A stretch of 64,000 nt of DNA from a virus (Duplodnaviria; Caudoviricetes): the IMG/VR virus record IMGVR_UViG_2595698333_000001, positions 1 to 64,000 of that record; one strand, written 5' to 3'. The notes beneath the pieces are model-generated. The model was given only the letters and a program-made list of their open reading frames with translations, searched no databases and was not told the DNA's origin. The position numbers and the translations under genes are program-made. Of this stretch, positions 1 through 5,956 are shown in pieces (position 1 is the stretch's first letter; the number at the start of each line of letters is the position of its first letter).

Positions 1-740
1 TTCTCCTGTTCTCTGGGGGCGCTCGCTGAGCACTAGACCTCGAGAACGTGCCTGGGTACCCGGGCGTACACGTCGAACAGCTTGATTTCCCTCGCCACCC
101 ATCTCTGCCTGGAGAACGGCGAGAGACGCCGCCGAGACCACGCAGACGTCCTCCACGTCGAGACCGGTTTCCCCCTGGTTTTTCGGGGTTGGTGCGCACG
201 GGGAGCTTGATTCCTGCACGTCCTATCTACCACCCAGAGAGCGGGGTATCTGCCGGGGTCTCCACGTTGTCTCTCGGCCATGGGAGAACGGCGTAAGAGG
301 CGATTCTCGAGGGCAGGTCCGACGATGAGGTTTGATTCTCTACGTGCGAGAATCTCTGCTGTCTCCACGTCAGAGACCGGGGTATATGCAGGGTATCTGT
401 GTGTCTGCTACAGAGGGATTTCTGCTGTGCTGCTGATGCTGCTGTGCGACGACGACGTCTCCATGAACAGGTAGCAGGAAGTCTCACAGACGGGGTTCTC
501 CACGCGGAGACACAGAGAGGATTCTCGAACGTGCGCGACGATGGACCCTTCTATTCCGAAATCTCCCCGAACCGGATATTTAGATATCCTCGTTTTCAGA
601 ATGAGACCAAATCTGCGCATAGACCCCACCGTATGTCGAAAACCGGATTCCACCACACCACCCTCTCTGGCACTAGTGTCGCGCGGGGGACCGCTCGACA
701 GCACCTACTGCGAGACCTTTTTCCTGCGACCTCCCGTCTC
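1..740. other. Probable left genome end / terminal-repeat region, apparently non-coding
   Basis: No ORF with acidic halophile-type composition; recurring short motifs (TCTCCACG, GATTCTC, GGGTATCTG). Related haloviruses have direct terminal repeats, but the other end is not visible here. Confidence 0.35.
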
Positions 741-747
741 CCTGCGT

Positions 748-1128
748 ATGGGACAGTTCCCGCATGACGACGAACCGGACGGAGACCGACTCGCCCCGCA
801 CCACTTCCTCCAGGGCTCGTGGGCGTTCGGTCTACTGAGCATCAACCTCCACACACCCGCCCTTCTCGTCCCGATAGCCGTCGCTCTCTTCGGTTGGTAC
901 CATGCGTGGTACATCTACCCTCGACTCGGTGCCTCCCTCGTTCTCGTCGGGTTGTGCGCGTCGCTCGTCGCGTTGACGATGACCGCGAGTGTCGGGATAA
1001 TCGGGACGATTCTCCTGCTCATCTGCCTCGCTGTCGCGTTCGACGACGCGGTGTCTCATGCGTTCGGCGTGTGGACTCCGCTCGACTGGACCTGGAAAAC
1101 GTATCTGCACGACTTACTGACGGGGTAG
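748..1128 (+). CDS. Multi-pass membrane protein
   Basis: Start MGQFPHDD inside the 541..1128 ORF; about 4 hydrophobic helices. Confidence 0.65.
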   Translation: MGQFPHDDEPDGDRLAPHHFLQGSWAFGLLSINLHTPALLVPIAVALFGWYHAWYIYPRLGASLVLVGLCASLVALTMTASVGIIGTILLLICLAVAFDDAVSHAFGVWTPLDWTWKTYLHDLLTG

Positions 1129-1143
1129 AAAGAAACCTCGCGT

Positions 1144-1308
1144 CTACCGACGCCCGCCGATACTAACGCGACCGTTCCGCTGCGCCCCCGTGTTCTCGCT
1201 CTCCAGAACCTTCTTGCAGTTCGCGCACTTGCGGTGCTTAAGACCCGGCATCACGAGGTACCAGGTAGAATCCTCGCACCCGCACTCGGGACAGTCCTCG
1301 TCGCTCAT
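1144..1308 (-). CDS. Small Zn-finger protein (54 aa)
   Basis: Hand translation MSDEDCPECG...KCANCKK; ATGA overlap with the upstream gene. Confidence 0.65.
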   Translation of the reverse strand: MSDEDCPECGCEDSTWYLVMPGLKHRKCANCKKVLESENTGAQRNGRVSIGGRR

Positions 1309-1595
1309 GCGTCTGCCTCCTCGACCATCGCCATGCCCTTCAGGACCGCGTCACGCCCGCGTCCGTTCGAGTTGTACCGGGGCTTGACGCGCATGCTGCC
1401 GTCCTCGTACATCAGGACGTCCATCCCGCACCGCGACTTCGAGGTGTGCGCCTTGACCTTCGGCGTTCCCATGACCTCGCTCTCGTCCTGCTGGGTGGTG
1501 TTGTACTCGACGGTGACCTCCAGCGTCTTCGTCTCGCCGTCGTCTCTCTCGCACTCAACCTCGACCGTGTCGCCCGCGTTGACCGTGTATGCCAT
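1305..1595 (-). CDS. Hypothetical protein
   Basis: Acidic ORF with GAGGAG RBS and a conserved promoter motif upstream. Confidence 0.7.
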   Translation of the reverse strand: MAYTVNAGDTVEVECERDDGETKTLEVTVEYNTTQQDESEVMGTPKVKAHTSKSRCGMDVLMYEDGSMRVKPRYNSNGRGRDAVLKGMAMVEEADA

Positions 1596-1631
1596 CTCTG
1601 TTCTCCTCACTTCAGTCAACGAGTGCCGCTA

Positions 1632-1661
1632 ACATATAACCTGGCTGCGGGGTGAAAGTGG
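1632..1661 (-). promoter_or_regulatory. Viral promoter: CCACTTTCACCCCG element plus TTATATG TATA box
   Basis: Same motif and similar spacing recur near 2150, 13165, 27890, 29525, 32265 and 42405. Confidence 0.65.
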
Positions 1662-1675
1662 AGAGAACGCCTCTA

Positions 1676-1828
1676 CTACGCTTCTGGCAAATCGACACCC
1701 GAGAAAGTAATCTCACATCTCGGGCACCGGTGGGCGGGTACGTCGGCGTCGCCCATGACGAGACCTGGTTTCGTGAGGTCCGTCTCTCGTTCAACCTTCG
1801 TTCCGCAGTCGGGACAGATGTAGGTCAT
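1676..1828 (-). CDS. Small Zn-finger protein (50 aa)
   Basis: MTYICPDCG...RCPRCE; overlapping start/stop. Confidence 0.65.
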   Translation of the reverse strand: MTYICPDCGTKVERETDLTKPGLVMGDADVPAHRCPRCEITFSGVDLPEA

Positions 1829-2106
1829 TTCTCGCGTACCTCGAGGTTCTCGATGAGTGGGTGACTCTCCGGGTTGTCGGGGTCGATACGAACACCGTCC
1901 AGCATCGGGACGTAGGTCTCGTACATCTCCTCCTTGCTCTCCTCGGTGAGCAGGAGCAGGACGCCTGTCTCATCCTCCTCGAACGCGAACATCTCCGCCT
2001 CGACGGTGAAGTAGTAGTTCGCGGCGGCGTTCGAGTGACCGACGACTCGGTGCTCGACCTCGTACACCCGTCCCGGGTATGGGTCTTGCTTTGCTTGTCC
2101 TTCCAT
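1825..2106 (-). CDS. Hypothetical protein
   Basis: Acidic ORF starting MEGQAKQ, with a promoter motif upstream. Confidence 0.65.
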   Translation of the reverse strand: MEGQAKQDPYPGRVYEVEHRVVGHSNAAANYYFTVEAEMFAFEEDETGVLLLLTEESKEEMYETYVPMLDGVRIDPDNPESHPLIENLEVREK

Positions 2107-2131
2107 GCGTCTCCAACGACGAAGTGCGTCC

Positions 2132-2323
2132 TCATATATTCTCGGAGCACGGTGAAAGTGAATCGGTGTATAACGTCCAGAACTCATCTTCTTGAAATAT
2201 AACCCACACCTTGTAGTGCGTCTCGAGCTCGTAGGCAGTGTTGCCTTTCGGGCGTTTCCACCAGGCGTAGTAGTCGTATGCGCCCGGGTTCTCGTCTTCG
2301 TAGTCAGCAGGGTCCTTCGTCAT
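2132..2323 (-). CDS. Small protein with FW motif (EDEFWTLY)
   Basis: ORF track; translationally coupled. Confidence 0.6.
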   Translation of the reverse strand: MTKDPADYEDENPGAYDYYAWWKRPKGNTAYELETHYKVWVIFQEDEFWTLYTDSLSPCSENI

Positions 2324-2457
2324 GGCATCCTCGCGTCCCAGAACGATTCTTCGTAGTAGTATCGCCAGCAGCGATTCAACGACCTGTCCGATGCTTCGCG
2401 GTGTGACCGGTAGACAACGTCTGCCTCGGCAACGGGTTCACCGAGCAACTCCTTCAC
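2320..2457 (-). CDS. Small protein with FW motif (EESFWDAR), 45 aa
   Basis: Hand translation; GTG start with 4-nt start/stop overlaps on both sides. Confidence 0.6.
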   Translation of the reverse strand: MKELLGEPVAEADVVYRSHREASDRSLNRCWRYYYEESFWDARMP

Positions 2458-2591
2458 GCACACCACCTGTCCCAGAACTCCTCCTCGTGGAAGATACGCC
2501 AGGTGGAACGTGTCGTGGGTCCTGTGAGCGCACCCTCCGTCTTCACGTAGTTGTACCGGACAATCGCCGCGTCGTCCTTACAGTCGCTCAT
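2454..2591 (-). CDS. Small protein with FW motif (EEEFWDRW)
   Basis: Start MSDCKDD. Confidence 0.6.
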   Translation of the reverse strand: MSDCKDDAAIVRYNYVKTEGALTGPTTRSTWRIFHEEEFWDRWCA

Positions 2592-2811
2592 CGAGGTATT
2601 TCCTCCAGAATTGCTCCTCCTGCGCGGGGATGAGCCAGTTGTGCGCCGACCCACTCATACGACGGAACCACTGCCTGTACGTTGCTGTTCCACCGTAGCG
2701 TTCGGTATCGGGACGGCAGAACATCTCGTCGTACTCCTCCCACGGCCAGTCGTCCTCGAGGTTGACCGTGCGTCCCCATCCGTCGCCTTCAGTGAGTATT
2801 CTTTCCTGCAA
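2578..2811 (-). CDS. Small protein with FW motif (EEQFWRKY)
   Basis: 3' part of the 2578..3021 ORF; start uncertain (TTG at 2811 assumed). Confidence 0.5.
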   Translation of the reverse strand: MQERILTEGDGWGRTVNLEDDWPWEEYDEMFCRPDTERYGGTATYRQWFRRMSGSAHNWLIPAQEEQFWRKYLDERL

Positions 2812-3001
2812 AGTACAACCCCCAGAACACTTCGTCTCTTGGTGTCTCGACCCAGGCGACGTGAGCATGGGTATAGCGATTCCCGCACGACTGACACTCA
2901 ATCTGCCCCGTCTCAGGGAACGACGTGGTGCCGTACTCGCACGCCGGGCAGTTGTGCAGGATTTTGTCTGCTTTCGAGAGGCGATACTCGTCGTCTGCCA
3001 T
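2789..3001 (-). CDS. Zn-ribbon protein with FW motif (DEVFWGLY)
   Basis: CPAC...CQSC; GAGGT RBS before MADDEY. Confidence 0.65.
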   Translation of the reverse strand: MADDEYRLSKADKILHNCPACEYGTTSFPETGQIECQSCGNRYTHAHVAWVETPRDEVFWGLYFAGKNTH

Positions 3002-3089
3002 ACCTCGACGTTGAACGGCATCCGTGGTCAACGTTCGTAGCCAGAGAACCCGCGTTCTTAGATGACTCAGATACCCCGATTGAAAACCG

Positions 3090-3387
3090 CCTGCCAGCGA
3101 CGTAGTTTGATAATTGGCAAATTACGAAAGTAGCGACGAAGAGAGTGCGAACTCCGACGAACTGACGTGGACTCTCCGGGCAGAAATATGGAGCAAAGCT
3201 ATCTTCGCCCATCGCCGGTCAGCGGTCCTTGAGCCGGCTGCGTCCATTACAGCTTCGCTGTAATGGACGTAGATAGCTATGCCCCATACGACCTGATAGA
3301 AACCGAGCTCTGACGCACTCTGAAACGAGGTCAAAAGGCGAGGGTACGACGTGGGAGCGTGTGACGGTTCGCACGCCGTCCCTCGCG
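3090..3387 (-). ncRNA. Candidate structured non-coding RNA
   Basis: Own TTTTTATG box (~3410-3417); hairpin 3338-3386; multibranch domain closed by 3142-3149/3314-3321; inner long stem 3187-3204/3271-3288; perfect hairpin 3241-3269. Confidence 0.5.
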
Positions 3388-3437
3388 TTCGCTATTCGAC
3401 CGCAGACGACATAAAAATATCGCAGCCGGCGACGGGA

Positions 3438-3698
3438 TTACTGGGTAGACGATTCAACGAGCGTCCACTCATGCAGGTCCTCGGGTTGACCGACGTACTC
3501 GACACCGAGCCCGTGTTCCGCGAGCACCTGGAGCGTGCCCGGGTGCAGCGTCATGTTGGGCGTACACAGGCGGAGCGTGTAACCACCGCCGAACTCTTCC
3601 GCGTCCTCGCTGGCGCGAAGAAGGAGCGGCGTCTCACGCAGTTCCGCGTAGCGTTCGCGCAGTTCCTCGATGGTGTCCTCGTGGGCGTAGTCGGTCAT
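3438..3698 (-). CDS. Hypothetical protein
   Basis: Acidic, translationally coupled ORF. Confidence 0.65.
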   Translation of the reverse strand: MTDYAHEDTIEELRERYAELRETPLLLRASEDAEEFGGGYTLRLCTPNMTLHPGTLQVLAEHGLGVEYVGQPEDLHEWTLVESSTQ

Positions 3699-3883
3699 CG
3701 GTATGCCTCCATGTCAACGACAGGCGCTTCGTCGCTGTTCAGCTCGGCCTCGGGGTGCAGGTCGCGCTCGCACACCGCGCAGGTGTGGACGCCGCCCAGC
3801 TCGTCCATGATTCCGAACGAGACGCGGGTGACGCCACCGCACTTGCGGCACGTCAGCGAACCGTTCCGACGAGCAGCGCTCAT
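3695..3883 (-). CDS. Small Zn-finger protein
   Basis: MSAARR...CRKCGG...CAVCE. Confidence 0.6.
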   Translation of the reverse strand: MSAARRNGSLTCRKCGGVTRVSFGIMDELGGVHTCAVCERDLHPEAELNSDEAPVVDMEAYR

Positions 3884-4116
3884 CAGTCGTACCTCCCTTT
3901 GGGGTTGACGTCTATCTGGAACTTCGTCGAGGTCGTCATGCGAACGTCGATGAGCCCGCCGCACGCGCCGTCTGCACGCTCGTACATCTTCTCCGCACTG
4001 CTCGGGTCGTACACGTTGACGATGCCGCCCAAGTCGTGACGCGCTTCCGCGTTGTACCCGACTGACTGGAGTGCCTGTGCAACCGCGTCCGTCCGTTCCG
4101 CCTCGGTCTCGCTCAT
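3883..4116 (-). CDS. Hypothetical protein
   Basis: GAGGAG RBS; TTTTATG promoter at ~4154-4160. Confidence 0.65.
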   Translation of the reverse strand: MSETEAERTDAVAQALQSVGYNAEARHDLGGIVNVYDPSSAEKMYERADGACGGLIDVRMTTSTKFQIDVNPKGRYD

Positions 4117-4475
4117 TTCTTTTCTCCTCACTAGCGTCTACACGACCCGGTAACATAAAAGTACGGGTTGTAACGCTACACGCACGCGAGACGTGTTCTC
4201 TCTCGATAGTAAGATTTGGTACGGACTTTCTCAGACGAAGAGACTCGGTGTCTAAGCAATTCCTTACCAGGTAGGATGTATGCCCAGACCTCGAGAACAA
4301 AAGGATGGGTATAAACTTTTGCACTGGAAAAGCGCCCAACACTCACAACCCCCACCACCATAAAAGTATGCCATGGAGTATCTCCCGACCTAATCTCCCA
4401 CGCGCTTCTGGACCCGCAGCTATATCACCCCAGTCGCGTTAGCTGTAACCGAGCGGAGGGAGTATTAGCATCAGT

Positions 4476-4778
4476 ATGGATGACGACATTATAGACACGC
4501 TTAGGTATGCTCAACGTAGTAGACGTAAGCAGAGGACGAACCATCACTACGGAAAGTCGATAATTCAGACGGCGAGGAAGAACACGAAGCAGTATCGCCG
4601 TCTAAGGGGAACGACGACTGACTTCGCCTGGACACCCGAACCCGAGACATACGATAACCCGTGGGACGCTCCTATCTGGCGTAAGTGGATGGGACGTGCT
4701 GAGGAGTTCTGGGATGCTCGCCTGCAAGGACGTATCTTCTGGGAGCAGAGTAAAAACGGGTCAACCCGTACCGATTGA
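4476..4778 (+). CDS. Basic protein with FW motifs (EEFWDAR, IFWEQ)
   Basis: ORF track; first gene of a rightward unit. Confidence 0.6.
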   Translation: MDDDIIDTLRYAQRSRRKQRTNHHYGKSIIQTARKNTKQYRRLRGTTTDFAWTPEPETYDNPWDAPIWRKWMGRAEEFWDARLQGRIFWEQSKNGSTRTD

Positions 4779-4782
4779 TACC

Positions 4783-4992
4783 ATGGAGTTCAACATGAAC
4801 GGGTTGAACGTCGAGGTAGAGGGGGTCGACCGGGAGGACCTTCCTGCGGCGTTCGACTTCGGTGAGGTCATGCAAGTGTACGACGACGGCGGAGACGTGG
4901 AAGATGCCACCAAGCACGTTCATCGTCAGGTGTGGCGGAAGTCCCATCGTCCGACCCTGTTCTGGGACGCATGGATAGACAGAAGCGCGTGA
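4783..4992 (+). CDS. Small protein with FW motif (LFWDAW)
   Basis: Start MEFNMNG. Confidence 0.6.
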   Translation: MEFNMNGLNVEVEGVDREDLPAAFDFGEVMQVYDDGGDVEDATKHVHRQVWRKSHRPTLFWDAWIDRSA

Positions 4993-5189
4993 CCATTAAC
5001 GTCGAGGTCAACGTATCGCCTGACGAGATGGACCGGGCGAAGCGGTTGCTACAAGAGAACCTGGCGGAACACGTCAACTGCCGGTCGTCTGTAGTTCCCC
5101 AGGTAGAAGGCGGCAAACCCGTGTGGGATGCCCAGAGAGTTACGTCGTTCTGGGACGCATACTTCATTAGGGTCACGAACGATGGTTGA
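4989..5189 (+). CDS. Small protein with FW motif (SFWDAY)
   Basis: GTGA overlap; alternative start at 4971. Confidence 0.6.
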   Translation: MTINVEVNVSPDEMDRAKRLLQENLAEHVNCRSSVVPQVEGGKPVWDAQRVTSFWDAYFIRVTNDG

Positions 5190-5245
5190 CTTGGTTGGCC
5201 TGTGCTGGCCCGAGTTCCGGTCGCTGGCACGGTCGCTGAAACGAG

Positions 5246-5572
5246 ATGACGACGAAGACACTACCGATGAACGGGTACGAGAAAGCGTCGAAGGCGAGGG
5301 ACGAGGACACGCTGCTTCCCAGTCTCGACCCCAGCGACGACGTTAAACTGGACGTCTGGCGCGAGTATCACCAGAATCGGTTCTGGGCCGCGTACATGGA
5401 CACCGGAGCGGACAGTTGTCCGTCATGTCGCTCCTCGAGCTACACGGAGGAGGAGAAGCAGCTCGACATAAGCGGAATCGACTACGACACCGTTCTCGTT
5501 TGTTACCGGTGTCAGCGGTGCGGACAACGATGGAAGAACGAACGACCGACAACTCACAAATATGAACCGTAA
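5246..5572 (+). CDS. Zn-ribbon protein (TFS-like CxxC..CxxC) with RFWAAY motif
   Basis: CPSC...YRCQRCGQRW. Confidence 0.65.
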   Translation: MTTKTLPMNGYEKASKARDEDTLLPSLDPSDDVKLDVWREYHQNRFWAAYMDTGADSCPSCRSSSYTEEEKQLDISGIDYDTVLVCYRCQRCGQRWKNERPTTHKYEP

Positions 5573-5954
5573 CGAAGACGAGGGCGTCATAATCACCGTC
5601 CACAAAACGGAAGCACAGCACGGCGTCGTACACGCCGAACCTTGCGACTGCCACGAGCACATCCAGGTAGGCGCAGAGCAGAAGCGCGTACTCGCGGTCA
5701 TCGACCAGTTCCTCGGAGACCTCGCCTCTCAGCACAACGCTGTCGTGGTCGGGTGTAGCGACTGCGGGTGGGAAGGTTTCCTCGGACCTGGAGATAAGGC
5801 CGCCAACAAGGGGAATAAGGCGGTAGTTGACGAAGGTAGTTGTCCGGAGTGTGAGGGTGACCTCATCGACCTGACGCGCGACGAGTGCGAGCATGAAAAC
5901 CCCGCGCTCGAACCGTTCTACGATGAGGAAGAAATCCTCCCCGACGACTCGTAA
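5562..5954 (+). CDS. Zn-finger protein
   Basis: CSDCGW...CPEC; acidic. Confidence 0.7.
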   Translation: MNRNEDEGVIITVHKTEAQHGVVHAEPCDCHEHIQVGAEQKRVLAVIDQFLGDLASQHNAVVVGCSDCGWEGFLGPGDKAANKGNKAVVDEGSCPECEGDLIDLTRDECEHENPALEPFYDEEEILPDDS

Positions 5955-5956
5955 GC

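Noticed and set aside
3189-3286. GGGGCA/UGCUCCA stem resembling a tRNA-Ala or tmRNA acceptor (G3-U70)
   Set aside because: The stem continues beyond the putative ends and there is no T-arm or CCA; kept only as part of the ncRNA candidate
3280-3335. CTGATAGA...GAAACGAGG on the + strand as a hammerhead
   Set aside because: No CUGAnGA with a flanking stem I and no upstream CTCGTC to form stem III
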